Below, piece after piece: positions 19,255 to 34,703 of a DNA stretch of 64,000 nt. The position numbers were made by a program, and so were the translations under genes. This DNA is from Gammaproteobacteria bacterium. Its GTDB lineage: Bacteria; Pseudomonadota; Gammaproteobacteria; UBA5335; SLRW01. Positions within the stretch are counted from its first letter, which is position 1. Every line of letters begins with the position of its first letter. The DNA lies in contig DASQZM010000021.1 in the NCBI GenBank assembly GCA_035638695.1, positions 128,888 to 192,887 of the forward strand, given 5' to 3'. Under the pieces are notes generated by a model. That model was given only the letters and a program-made list of their open reading frames with translations. It was not told the origin of the DNA and ran no database searches.

Positions 19255-19426
19255 TGATGGTTTTAGCTGTTAGGTTAGGTAAGACGCGCCAAGTTTCCTT
19301 GCCTTCGCTCCTTGGTATGTCAGGCGTTGCCGGCCGAGTGAGAACCTCCCGGCTTTCCACCAAAGCGCGACGTACGGGATGTCCACAGACCCCCTCTTAG
19401 CTAATACCCAAATCCTAAAACCATCA
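19255..19426. repeat. AT-rich element flanked by inverted repeats (12-bp perfect arms, 148-bp core)
   Basis: TGATGGTTTTAG at 19255-19266 has its exact reverse complement CTAAAACCATCA at 19415-19426. The left arm continues CTGTTAGGTTAGGTAAG. No credible ORF lies inside. Confidence 0.6.
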
Positions 19427-19437
19427 GCACCTTATCC

Positions 19438-19497
19438 GGAAACGACGCCCCGGCTCCCGAACGCGGATGCGCGCTCGGAAGCCGGGGTCTTTCGTTG
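19438..19497 (-). terminator. Hairpin terminator downstream of metH
   Basis: CCCCGGCT (19448-19455) pairs with AGCCGGGG (19480-19487), with further internal pairing. It is flanked by CGTCGTTTCC on the minus strand and TCTTTCGTT on the plus strand. Confidence 0.6.
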
Positions 19498-19509
19498 CCC
19501 GCGTCGGTG

Positions 19510-23237
<3,728 letters not shown>

Positions 23238-23241
<4 letters not shown>

Positions 23242-24215
23242 AGACCATCCATTTTCCGTTTTGATGAGTGACTGGCATGCGCATGGGCCCGACGGGCGTG
23301 GAACGTCACCACCTCGAAGTGGGGCGCCCGCCGCTCCCGCGACGTCTTCCGGCACAGATCGACGGCGAAGCCGCTGCGGATCAGCAGGTCGCGGAGCGCA
23401 CCCGGCTCGAAGCCGAGATTGACATGGTCGTAGGCCTCGGCCTGCGTCTCGTGGGCGTGGGCTTTCAGCGTCGCGCCCGTGAGGCGGCCGCCGGGGCGAA
23501 GCACCCGGGCCGCTTCCGCGATGACCTGGCCCGCATCGTGGCTGTAGGTCAGGGCGTGCATCAGGAACACCTGGTCGAAGCACCCGGCCGGAAATGGCAG
23601 GGCGTGCATGTCGCCCACCCCCAGGGCCACGTTGTCCTGCGTTCCCAGTCGCCGCCGTCCGGCGGCGACCACCCGCGGGCTGACGTCGACGCAGGTGTAG
23701 CTGCGTGCCCGCGGGGCCAGCAGCTGGGCCAGCAGGCCGTCTCCGGAGGCCACGTCCAGGGTGTCGCCGAGCTCGACCAGCCCGATCAACGCCCGGGCGA
23801 GAGCCTCCCAGGTGCGGCCCGGCGAATACTGTCGATCCATCCGGCCGGCCACCGAGTCCGCCCAGCGGACGTCGCCGTGGCGCGCGGCAAGGACCGTCTG
23901 CAGCCGCTGACCGTCGTCCTCCAGCGTGGGATCGTCCAGGTCCTGCCGCAGCCGCTCCCAGAAGTGCTCCACCGACGCGTTGCCGCCGTTCAGGTTGAGA
24001 CGGTAGTAGGTGGAGGTGCCGGCGCGCCGGTCCCGGACGAGCCCGGCGTCCCTGAGCTTGCCGAGATGCGTGGAGACCCGCGATTGGGCCAGCTCGGTGA
24101 TCTCGGTCAGCTCCGCCACGGTCAGCTCCTCCATCTCCAGCAATCGGATCAGCCGCAGCCGGGTGGGGTCTCCCAGCAGCCGGCAGAGCTGACTGGCGTT
24201 GTCCAGGGACGACAT
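23238..24215 (-). CDS. sahR: ArsR-family wHTH fused to a SAM-methyltransferase-like domain (SahR-type regulator of methionine metabolism)
   Basis: N-terminal [39 protein letters not shown] and C-terminal methyltransferase fold ([13 protein letters not shown]). It overlaps metH by 4 nt. This architecture matches the described SahR family. Confidence 0.8.
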
Positions 24216-24229
24216 GTTGTCTGTATCCG

Positions 24230-24243
24230 TTAATCCGGATTAA
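24230..24243. promoter_or_regulatory. Perfect 14-bp palindrome TTAATCCGGATTAA 15 nt upstream of the sahR-like start, a candidate operator
   Basis: Read directly from the sequence (7+7 perfect). It is AT-rich within GC-rich DNA and sits in the regulator's own 5' region. Confidence 0.5.
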
Positions 24244-24383
24244 GAGATTTAACGCCTTAGGATAGCGGATGCGCGGCCGGAAGGCAACGCGCGCGGCGCG
24301 GGCCGGGCGGTCCACGGGGCGTTAGGCGTACCGCGGTCGCCTGCTACCCGACGCGGGAGGGGCGGGGAGAGAACGGTCTGCGG

Positions 24384-24623
24384 CTACCCGGCGAGGGCCG
24401 GCGCCAGGACGCCCTGCAGGCGCATTGCCAGGCCCATGCCGCCCTTTGTGCGCAGGCGTCCGGCCATGAACAGCTCGGTTGGGCTGCCCGTGCACTGGAG
24501 CAGCATCTCGCGCCACGCGTGCTCGTTCATGAGCAAAGTGATGTCGGCTTCATCCAGGCCCGACTGGACCGACATGTCGCCGTCGGCGATGTGCAGCGAG
24601 TACTGCGCCTCGGCGTCCGTCAT
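24384..24623 (-). CDS. SCP2 sterol-binding domain protein (short)
   Basis: ADITLLMNEHAWREMLLQ..ELFMAGRLRTKGGMGLAMRL matches the C-terminal SCP2 pattern. It has a GAGGA SD and starts 36 nt after the TetR stop. Confidence 0.7.
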   Translation of the reverse strand: MTDAEAQYSLHIADGDMSVQSGLDEADITLLMNEHAWREMLLQCTGSPTELFMAGRLRTKGGMGLAMRLQGVLAPALAG

Positions 24624-24658
24624 CGCGTCCTCGGCAACAGGGACTGAACCGCGATGGC

Positions 24659-25387
24659 TCAGGCCCGCCCGTCACCGGGCGCGGCGAAGCCGACGTAGGC
24701 GAGCACGAACGCGATCAGGTGGGACGCGAACGCCTCCGCACCGACACCGCGGCGTGAGTACTTCCAGCGCTTGAGGTACCAGTCCTGCATTAGCGCCTTG
24801 ATGCTGGCCGCGGTGAGAGCGACGTCGATCCGCCGGAACAGTCCTGCCTGCTGGCCCTCGGCCAGAATGTCCGCGAAGATCGCTTCGCTGGCCAACTCGC
24901 CCTGGATCGCGGTCTCGATCTCGCGCCGTCCCAGGTGGCGCGACTCCATGAACGAGAAGTAGAACCAGGGGTGCAGCACCTCCGTGAGGTACACATGTGC
25001 CCGGATCGCCGCGGAGAGGCGGGGCACCGCCCCGGTGACGGCTTCCAGGCTGTCATGCATCACCCGCTCGGTAAGCAGACGCCCGTGGCTCTGGATCAGG
25101 CGCACGAGTTCGTCCTTGCTGCCGATATAGGTGTACAGGCCTCCCATGCTCATGCCGGTTTCCCCGCTGAGGTCGCGCAGGGTCATGGCCTGAAAGCCCT
25201 TCTCGTTGGCTAGCCGCAGGGTTGCATCGATGATGCGCGAGAGGTTGCGCACCGCGGTGGCTTCCTTCTTGACCCCGATGCGCTCGCTGTTGCGCGCGTA
25301 GATCTCGCGGCAGATCGCCTGCCGCGACAGGTCGACCCACTCCTCGAATGCCCTTAGCGTGGTGAGGTCCTGGCCCGATCCGGTCAT
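24659..25387 (-). CDS. TetR/AcrR family transcriptional regulator
   Basis: HTH region ATLRLANEKGFQAMTLRDLSGETGMSMGGLYTYIGSKDEL, followed by a helical ligand-binding domain. Confidence 0.85.
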   Translation of the reverse strand: MTGSGQDLTTLRAFEEWVDLSRQAICREIYARNSERIGVKKEATAVRNLSRIIDATLRLANEKGFQAMTLRDLSGETGMSMGGLYTYIGSKDELVRLIQSHGRLLTERVMHDSLEAVTGAVPRLSAAIRAHVYLTEVLHPWFYFSFMESRHLGRREIETAIQGELASEAIFADILAEGQQAGLFRRIDVALTAASIKALMQDWYLKRWKYSRRGVGAEAFASHLIAFVLAYVGFAAPGDGRA

Positions 25388-25490
25388 GCGGGTTCCGCCA
25401 TTTTCGAAAGAGCGACACCCTAGGGGGCACGCGCGCGGGTGTCAACAAAAAACGAACGCTCGCTCGAATAACGAGGCGGGATGGGTCGAC

Positions 25491-25985
25491 TTACCAGCGG
25501 TACTTGTCCCAGAGCTCGGGATGCGCCCAGTTGCGCGGGCTGAGCCAGTCCGGGGTGCGCTTGTAGGTGGCGATGTCGAAGGTGTAAAGAGTCCAGGTGC
25601 CCGACTTGAGCGCATAATCCTCGTAGCGGAACAGGCCCATGGCAAGGAAGTCGTTCGGCTGCCAGGGGTGCTCCGCCGGAGCGTCGCCCGGACGTGGATA
25701 GAGCACGGCGAAGCGTTGCGTGTGCACGTCCCGCAGGCGGGAGAGCAACACCACCGCGCGCTCGTCGGGAAGCCGCTCCAGGGCCCCGGCGACCAGCGCG
25801 AAGTCGAAGCGGTCGGAAAGCGTCAGCTCGCGCAGCGCCTGTTCGCCGTCCATGTGCGTCTGGCGGCATTCCTCCGGCGGCGCGTATTCCTGCATCAGCC
25901 TGCGCGCCTCCGCCCCCACGGTCAGCAGCGTGGCCGGGTGGTACTGGGCCGCGAGCGAGAGCAGTTCCTGAACGAGCGCGTCCAT
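25491..25985 (-). CDS. Conserved hypothetical protein
   Basis: GC3-rich codons and a coherent sequence ending WAHPELWDKYRW. It is divergent from mlaA. I cannot name the family with confidence. The start ATG 25985 is chosen over the upstream extension to 26033. Confidence 0.6.
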   Translation of the reverse strand: MDALVQELLSLAAQYHPATLLTVGAEARRLMQEYAPPEECRQTHMDGEQALRELTLSDRFDFALVAGALERLPDERAVVLLSRLRDVHTQRFAVLYPRPGDAPAEHPWQPNDFLAMGLFRYEDYALKSGTWTLYTFDIATYKRTPDWLSPRNWAHPELWDKYRW

Positions 25986-26176
25986 GCGCCCAGCGTAACA
26001 GAACCGGGGTGACCGCGGCGGAACGCCTGTCACCGCGCCACGGATCTGGTCTCACGCGCCATGCGCGCGGGCGCGCCGCGGGTGAAATCGGTTACCATGA
26101 GCCGCTCGCGGGCCAGGGCGGACGCGTCCACGTGCCCCGATCCCGCCCACACGCGAACCGGTACAAGGATTCATCG

Positions 26177-27004
26177 ATGTGGCCCACTGACCATCGGTTG
26201 CCCTTGCGGGGCGCGAGCGCCGCGCTGGTCCTGGCCGCGGCGCTTTGCGGCTGTGCGAGCACTTCCGGGACGGAGCACAACCCGGATCCCCTGGAGCCGC
26301 TGAACCGGATCACCTACCGCTTCAACGACACCGTCGACAAGGCGGTGATGATGCCCCTGGCCAGGGGCTACAAGAGCGCAACGCCGGCGCCGGTGCGCAA
26401 GGGCGTGGGCAACTTCTTCGGCAACCTCGAGTCGCCCGTGACGATCGTCAATGATTTTTTGCAGGCCAAGTTCCGCCAGGGCGGCAGCGACACTGCGCGG
26501 CTCGCGGTCAACACCACGGTGGGCCTGCTGGGGTTCTTCGACCCGGCCAGCGGCATGGGCTTGCCCCCGCACGACGAGGACTTCGGCCAGACTCTCGGGA
26601 CCTGGGGGATCGGGCCGGGTCCCTACCTGGTGCTGCCGTTCCTCGGCCCCTCGGATGTCCGCGACACGGTGGGGAAAGTGGGGGACTACGAGGTCGACCC
26701 GCTGTGGCAGTGGCAGCAGCAGCCGGAGAAGTACGAGTTGCGCGGGGTGCAGATCGTGGACATTCGGGCTCGACTGCTCAGCGCCACCAATCTGCTGCAG
26801 CAATCCATCGATCCCTACCTGTTCATGCGCAATGCTTACCTGCAGCGCCGCCGCAACCAGGTCTACGACGGCAACCCGCCCCCCGGGGGCAGCTACGGCG
26901 CGCCGCCTCCGCCACCGCCGGGACAGCGGGGCGGACGCGCGGGCGGGCAGAGCGCCGGGCCACCGCCTCCGCCGCCCTCGCAGCGCGGCGGGCCGAGGTC
27001 CTGA
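26177..27004 (+). CDS. mlaA: Outer-membrane lipoprotein MlaA/VacJ with Pro/Gly-rich C-terminal tail
   Basis: Signal peptide and lipobox (LAAALCGC), DPLEPLNRITYRFND, GNFFGNL, LPFLGPS. It has an AAGGA SD. The tail carries two PPPPPP(G/S)QRGG units. Confidence 0.9.
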   Translation: MWPTDHRLPLRGASAALVLAAALCGCASTSGTEHNPDPLEPLNRITYRFNDTVDKAVMMPLARGYKSATPAPVRKGVGNFFGNLESPVTIVNDFLQAKFRQGGSDTARLAVNTTVGLLGFFDPASGMGLPPHDEDFGQTLGTWGIGPGPYLVLPFLGPSDVRDTVGKVGDYEVDPLWQWQQQPEKYELRGVQIVDIRARLLSATNLLQQSIDPYLFMRNAYLQRRRNQVYDGNPPPGGSYGAPPPPPPGQRGGRAGGQSAGPPPPPPSQRGGPRS

Positions 27005-27073
27005 CCCGCTTCGTTTGGCAGGCCCCGCAGGCGTAGAATAGGCCTATGGACAGGCGAATCTCCGGGAGGTCAC

Positions 27074-27886
27074 ATGGCTGAAGAGATTCTCGAGACCGTG
27101 GTGCGGCTACGGCGCGAAGGTAAGCCCTGCGCCCTGGCCACGGTGGTGGAGGCGGAAGGCTCCACCTCGGCCAAGATTGGCGCCAAGGCCCTGATCGACC
27201 AGGAAGGGCGGGTGCTCGCGGGGTGGGTCGGCGGCGGCTGCGCCGAGTCGACCACCTGCGAGACCGCCCTGCGCTGCCTGCGGCAGGGGCACGGTGAGGT
27301 CATCGACATCGACCTCAACGACGAGGTCCTGGGCGCAGGGATGCCCTGCGGAGGGAGCATGCGCGTGTACGTGGAGCCAATGTTGCCCCGGCCCTGCCTG
27401 TGGATCATGGGGCACGGCCGGATCGCGCAGGTGTTGTGCCAGCTGGCCGACCTGTGCGACCTGGAGGTGGCGGTGAACGACCCCATGGTCACCCGCGAGC
27501 ACTATCCCGCGGCCAGCCGTCTGATCACCGACGACGTCGCCTACCGCGAGCTGCAGCCGGCCGCCGACGACTACGTGGTGATCGCCACGCAGCACAAGGG
27601 TGACCACCGCTCGATCCAGCAGGCGCTGGAGTCCGACGCCGGCTACATCGCCCTGATCGCGAGCCGCAAGCGCGCGGGTCTGGTACTGGACTATCTGCGC
27701 GAGAACGAGGTACCGGAGGAGCAGATCCGGCGCGTGCGCTCGCCCTGCGGGCTGGACCTCGGCGCGCGCACCCCGGAAGAGATCGCGCTGTCGCTCATGA
27801 GCGAGATCGTGATGATCCGGCGCGGCGGGCAGGGCGGCCTCATGGCCGACAAGGCCAGGCGGGCCCCGAAGAAGGCCTCCGCCTGA
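27074..27886 (+). CDS. XdhC/CoxI-family molybdoenzyme maturation protein
   Basis: N-terminal XdhC_CoxI pattern (CALATVV..EGSTSAK.GAKALI) and a Rossmann-like C-terminal domain (WIMGHGRIAQ). It converges on the cox cluster. Confidence 0.8.
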   Translation: MAEEILETVVRLRREGKPCALATVVEAEGSTSAKIGAKALIDQEGRVLAGWVGGGCAESTTCETALRCLRQGHGEVIDIDLNDEVLGAGMPCGGSMRVYVEPMLPRPCLWIMGHGRIAQVLCQLADLCDLEVAVNDPMVTREHYPAASRLITDDVAYRELQPAADDYVVIATQHKGDHRSIQQALESDAGYIALIASRKRAGLVLDYLRENEVPEEQIRRVRSPCGLDLGARTPEEIALSLMSEIVMIRRGGQGGLMADKARRAPKKASA

Positions 27887-27900
27887 CGGCGGAGCCGGGC

Positions 27901-29097
27901 TTAGCCTGCCGCCCGGCGCTGCCGCGAGGCCGGTGCGGCGAGCGCTTGCGCGAGCTGCTCGAAGCTCTCGAGATTGTGCACGGGGCGGAACTCGTCGACG
28001 TGCGGGAGCATCGCGCGCACCCCGGCGGCGCGCGCCTCGAAGCCGGCGTAGCGGAGCAACGGATTGAGCCAGACCAGCCGCCGGCAGGATTTGTGCAGGC
28101 GGTCCATCTCGCGCTCGAGGCCGGCCCCCGCGTCGCGGTCCAGGCCGTCGCTGACCAGCAGCACCACCGCGCCCTGGCCCAGCAGCCGCCGGGACCAGCG
28201 CAGGTTGAATTGCCGCAGGCAGGCGCCGATGCGCGTCCCGCCGGCCCAGTCCTGCACCTGCTCGCTGACGCGCCGCAGCGCCACGTCCGGGTCGCGGCTG
28301 CGCATCTGCGGGGTGACGTTGGTCAGGCGCGTCCCGAACAGCAGCACGTGGCAGTGTGCGCGCTCGTTCACCGCGGCGTGCAGGAACTGCAGGAACATTT
28401 GCGAATAGCGGCTCATTGAGCCGGAGATGTCGCACAGCACCACCAGCGCCGGCGGCCGGGTGCGTGGCGATCGACGCCGCAGCGGGATCACCATCCCTCC
28501 GGTGCGGGCGCTGGCGCGCAGCGTGGCGCCGAGGTCCACGTGGCGTCCGCGCGGGTTCGGTGCGGTGCGGCGGGTCGGGACCGGGCGCAGCGGGAGCTGC
28601 ATGCGTGCCACCGCCCGCTGCGCCTGCGCCAGCTCCGCTGCCGACATGCTCTCGAAGTCCATCTTCCGCAGCACCTCCTGGTCGGTGAAGGTGAGGCGGG
28701 CATCCACCTCGATCTCCTTCTCCCGCTTCGGCTCGCGCGGCTCCTGCGAGTGTGGCGCCAGTGCGTCGCTCAGGCGCCGGTTGTCGCGGCGGCGCTGGTC
28801 GGGCGGGGCGGGGGCGTGGGGCAGCATGAGCTGGAGCACGCGATCGAGCAGCGCGGGGTCCTTCCAGAAGATGCGAAAGGCCTGGTCGAACAGCTCCAGC
28901 TGGTCGTGACGGTCCACCAGCACACTCGCCAGGGCCGCGTGCAGATCCTCGCGCCGGCGCACGCCGGCGACCTGCGCGGCCTGCAGCGCGTCCAGCACCC
29001 GGTCGGGCCCGACCGGCAGCCCCGCCGCGCGCAGCACGCGCACGAAGTGCACCACGTTCTCCGCCAGGCGCCCTGCCGGGATGTCCTGCTCGCTCAC
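27901..29097 (-). CDS. coxE: VWA domain protein CoxE
   Basis: VWA MIDAS motif VVLCDISGSMSRYS and a CoxE-like N-terminal region. It is the last gene of the cox operon. Confidence 0.85.
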   Translation of the reverse strand: MSEQDIPAGRLAENVVHFVRVLRAAGLPVGPDRVLDALQAAQVAGVRRREDLHAALASVLVDRHDQLELFDQAFRIFWKDPALLDRVLQLMLPHAPAPPDQRRRDNRRLSDALAPHSQEPREPKREKEIEVDARLTFTDQEVLRKMDFESMSAAELAQAQRAVARMQLPLRPVPTRRTAPNPRGRHVDLGATLRASARTGGMVIPLRRRSPRTRPPALVVLCDISGSMSRYSQMFLQFLHAAVNERAHCHVLLFGTRLTNVTPQMRSRDPDVALRRVSEQVQDWAGGTRIGACLRQFNLRWSRRLLGQGAVVLLVSDGLDRDAGAGLEREMDRLHKSCRRLVWLNPLLRYAGFEARAAGVRAMLPHVDEFRPVHNLESFEQLAQALAAPASRQRRAAG

Positions 29098-29106
29098 GGC
29101 CCTCCC

Positions 29107-30048
29107 TCAGGTGCTTTCGGCAGCCAGGTCCGCCTTGATCTGCTCCAGGATGCGCCGGGCCTCGCTGCCCTGGAGGCGGGCGAGGTCATCCTGGTACTTC
29201 AGCAGGACGCCCAGGGTGTCGTTGACCGTGTCCGGGTCCAGGGACAGCTTGTCCAGGGCGACCAGGGCGTTGGCCCAATCGATGGTTTCGGCGATGCCCG
29301 GCAGCTTGAAATAGTCGCCCTCGCGCAGGGCCTGGACGAAGGCCACCACCTCGCGGGAGAGCGCACCGGCGGCCCCGGAAGCCTTCAGCGAGACAATCTC
29401 CAGCTCGCGGGCGGCGTCGGGGTAGTCCACCCAATGGTACAGGCAGCGCCGCTTGACCGCGTCGTGGATCTCCCGCGTACGGTTGGAGGTGATCACCACG
29501 ATCGGCGGCTCGTCGGCGCGGATGGTCCCGAGTTCCGGGATCGAGAGCTGGAAGTCGGACAGCACCTCGAGCAGGTAGGCCTCGAAGGGCTCGTCCGCCC
29601 GGTCCAGCTCGTCGATCAGCAGTACCGGCGCGCCGGACGGACCGCCGCGCAGCGCCTGCAGCAAAGGCCGCTCGATCAGGAACCGTTCGGAGAAGATGTC
29701 CTGGCCGAGACGCTCCCGGTCATGTTCGCCGGCCGCCTCCGCCAGGCGGATCTCCAGCATCTGGCGCGGGTAGTTCCATTCATAGGCGGCCTGCGCGACG
29801 TCCAGTCCCTCGTAACACTGCAACCGCACCAAGGGGCGGTCCAGGCCCGCGGCGAGCACTTTGGCGATCTCGGTCTTGCCGACGCCCGCCTCGCCCTCGA
29901 GGAACAGCGGCCGGCGCATCCGCAACGCCAAGTACACCACCGTCGCCAGGCGGCGGTCGGCGACGTAGCTCTGGCTGCGCAGCAGCTCCTGGCTCTGGTC
30001 GATCGAGGCGACGGCGGTTCCGGCTTCTGTCACCCCGGCTCCCGTCAT
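29107..30048 (-). CDS. coxD: MoxR-like AAA+ ATPase CoxD
   Basis: Walker A GEAGVGKT and Walker B LLIDELDR. Its start overlaps the coxM stop (ATGA). Confidence 0.85.
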   Translation of the reverse strand: MTGAGVTEAGTAVASIDQSQELLRSQSYVADRRLATVVYLALRMRRPLFLEGEAGVGKTEIAKVLAAGLDRPLVRLQCYEGLDVAQAAYEWNYPRQMLEIRLAEAAGEHDRERLGQDIFSERFLIERPLLQALRGGPSGAPVLLIDELDRADEPFEAYLLEVLSDFQLSIPELGTIRADEPPIVVITSNRTREIHDAVKRRCLYHWVDYPDAARELEIVSLKASGAAGALSREVVAFVQALREGDYFKLPGIAETIDWANALVALDKLSLDPDTVNDTLGVLLKYQDDLARLQGSEARRILEQIKADLAAEST

Positions 30049-30845
30049 CGGTTCGCCGCGGCGTCGACCGCGCGACGGGCCATCACGCCGACCAGATGGG
30101 CGCGATAGTCCGCGTCCCCGTGCATATCGGCCATCATCTCGTCCGGCGAGACGCTGATGCCTTCGATGGCGGACGCCTTGAATTCCTTCGCCAGGGCCTT
30201 CTCCATCTCGGGCACCCGGAACACGCTCGGCGCGGCCCCGGTGACAGCCACCCGCACCTCCGAGCCGCTGCGGGCGACCATCACGCCGACCAGCGCAAAG
30301 CGCGAGGCAGGCTGCTCGAACTTGGCGTAGGCGGCCTGACCGGCGACCGGGAACTCCACCGCGGTGATCAGCTCCTCCGGCTTCAGCGCGGTCTCGAACA
30401 TGTCGACGAAGAAGTCGTCGGCCGTGATCCGGCGCTGGTCGGTGACCACGGTGGCGTTCAGGGCCAGCACTGCGGCCGGGTAGTCCGCGGACGGGTCGTC
30501 GTTGGCGATGGAACCGCCGATGGTGCCCACGTTGCGCACCTGGCGGTCGCCGATGTCGCTCGCCAGCTCGGCCAGCGCCGGGATGGCCCGCGCCACCTCG
30601 GCCGAGTCCGCTACCTCGGCGTGCCGGGTCATGGCGCCGATGGTGACGGTTTTGCCGTCGACCTTGATACCGCGCAGCTCGCCGACGCGGGACAGGCTGA
30701 CCAGGTCGGAGGGTGCCGCCAGGCGCTGCTTCATCGACGGCAGCAGGCTCTGGCCGCCTGCCAGGAAGCGGCCATCCTCCGCCTTCTTCAGCGCGGAAAC
30801 TGCGTCCGCGGACTTCTCGGGCCGGTGATACTCGAATGCGTGCAT
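30045..30845 (-). CDS. coxM: FAD-binding medium subunit of a xanthine dehydrogenase-family molybdoenzyme (CoxM homologue)
   Basis: FLAGGQSLLPSMK and TIGGSIAN FAD-binding motifs. Confidence 0.9.
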   Translation of the reverse strand: MHAFEYHRPEKSADAVSALKKAEDGRFLAGGQSLLPSMKQRLAAPSDLVSLSRVGELRGIKVDGKTVTIGAMTRHAEVADSAEVARAIPALAELASDIGDRQVRNVGTIGGSIANDDPSADYPAAVLALNATVVTDQRRITADDFFVDMFETALKPEELITAVEFPVAGQAAYAKFEQPASRFALVGVMVARSGSEVRVAVTGAAPSVFRVPEMEKALAKEFKASAIEGISVSPDEMMADMHGDADYRAHLVGVMARRAVDAAANR

Positions 30846-30867
30846 GTCTTCCTCCAGACTCGTTTGC

Positions 30868-33249
<2,382 letters not shown>

Positions 33250-33252
33250 GGC

Positions 33253-33723
33253 TCATCCCTCCATAGCCTGGGCGCCCGCCTTCACGGCGCGGACGATGTT
33301 CTGGTAGCCGGTGCAGCGGCAGTAGTTGCCCTCCAGCTGATGCCGGATGACCTCGTCCGAGGCTCCGGGGTAGCGCCGCACCAGATCGATCGCGCTCATC
33401 ACCATGCCCGGGGTGCAGAATCCGCACTGCAGGCCGTGGTACTCCTTGAACGCTGCCTGCATGGGATGCAGCTCGCCGTCGGAGGCGATCCCCTCGATGG
33501 TGGTCACCTCGGCACCGTCCGCGTCTGCGGCCAGGATGCCGCAGGACTTTACCGCACGGCCGTCGATGTGGATGGTGCAGGCGCCGCACTGGTTGGTGTC
33601 ACAGCCGATGTGGGTCCCCGTCAGGCCCAGCGTCTCGCGCAGGAACTGGACGAGCAGGGTGCGTGGCTCGACCTCGGCCGAAACGGGTCGGCCGTTGACG
33701 GTCAGGGAAATTGAGATGCCCAT
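33253..33723 (-). CDS. coxS: [2Fe-2S]-binding small subunit (CoxS homologue)
   Basis: Cys clusters [17 protein letters not shown] and CRCTGY. Confidence 0.92.
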   Translation of the reverse strand: MGISISLTVNGRPVSAEVEPRTLLVQFLRETLGLTGTHIGCDTNQCGACTIHIDGRAVKSCGILAADADGAEVTTIEGIASDGELHPMQAAFKEYHGLQCGFCTPGMVMSAIDLVRRYPGASDEVIRHQLEGNYCRCTGYQNIVRAVKAGAQAMEG

Positions 33724-33956
33724 GAGACTCCTCCGTGATGCATGTTGGCCCGCCGCAGCCGTGCCGGGGGTTCCGGTGCTGCGGTCGTCGTCAGCGGCCG
33801 GCGGCCGCCGCGCTCGCGGTTCTCGCGTTACGAGTCATCGCGGCCCTCCGCAACCGCCAGGGCGGTCGCCAGACGACCGGGTTTCCGGAAGGCGCGCCGC
33901 ACTATGGCTCGGCTTGCGGCGTCGCCGGTGATTCGGCTCCGGTGCCGGACGGATGC

Positions 33957-34433
33957 TCAGGACTCCGTCTCCTCTTCTTCGCCGCTCTCTTCGCCGCCGA
34001 AGCGGGCGACGAGGGCGCCGAAGAACTGGTTGGCCAGCTTGCGGGCGGCACTGTTGACCAGGCGTGATCCGATCTGTGCCAGCTTCCCCCCGACCGTGGC
34101 GCTGACCTCGTAGCTCAGCAGCGTTCCGTCGTCCTCGTCCGGCTGCAGTCGCACCGAGGTGCTGCCCTTGCCGAACCCGGCGGTGCCCCCCTGGCCCTCA
34201 AATGAAATAGTGTAGCTGTTGGGCGGGTCGATGTCCGATAGGGTGCCGCGTCCCTTGAAGCGCGCCTTGACCGGGCCGAATTTCGCGGTGAGTGTCACGT
34301 CCAGCTCGGTGTCGGAAACCTGCTCGACCGATTCGGCCCCGGGTATGCAGTCGGCCAGCACGTCGGCGTCGTTGAGCGCTTCCCAGACCTCGTGCTGGGA
34401 GGCCGGGATGTGCCGCTCGCCGGTCATGTCCAT
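33957..34433 (-). CDS. coxG: SRPBCC-fold CoxG family protein
   Basis: MDMTGERHIPASQHEVWEALND..KFGPVKARFKG..KLAQIGSRL is the typical CoxG pattern. It has a GGAGGA SD. The track ORF to 35894 is an over-extension. Confidence 0.8.
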   Translation of the reverse strand: MDMTGERHIPASQHEVWEALNDADVLADCIPGAESVEQVSDTELDVTLTAKFGPVKARFKGRGTLSDIDPPNSYTISFEGQGGTAGFGKGSTSVRLQPDEDDGTLLSYEVSATVGGKLAQIGSRLVNSAARKLANQFFGALVARFGGEESGEEEETES

Positions 34434-34703
34434 GAGCGTTCCTCCAGGGAATTCGGCGTGGTCCCCGTGCGGGGCGACGCTCCTATTTAACAGCGGAATG
34501 CCGGGCGGGTAAACGTGTCGTCCGGAGATGCCGGGCCGGAGCGTTGTGCGCGGCGCGCCCGAAGCCACCAAGCAAGCGCTCGGTTTACAGCATTCCGCGC
34601 CTGGTTTAACTTGCGTTGCAGGATCCCTGCGCCGTGCCGTACGGGCGCCCCGGCGGGGCTGAAAGGTCACTCCGGCGGGTCCGGCGCCGGGTACGGAGGC
34701 GAG

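Noticed and set aside
19255-19426. CRISPR repeat (GTTTTAG...) or a Csr/Rsm-type GGA-rich sRNA
   Set aside because: There is no periodic repeat-spacer array and no cas genes. On the minus strand I count only about seven GGA triplets in ~200 nt, not clearly above chance. I cannot place them reliably in hairpin loops by eye.
24244-24383. SAH or SAM riboswitch upstream of the sahR-metH unit
   Set aside because: Reading the leader in the gene's orientation, I could not find the conserved SAH-riboswitch core. Regulation by the protein regulator is the simpler explanation. An Infernal scan would be decisive.
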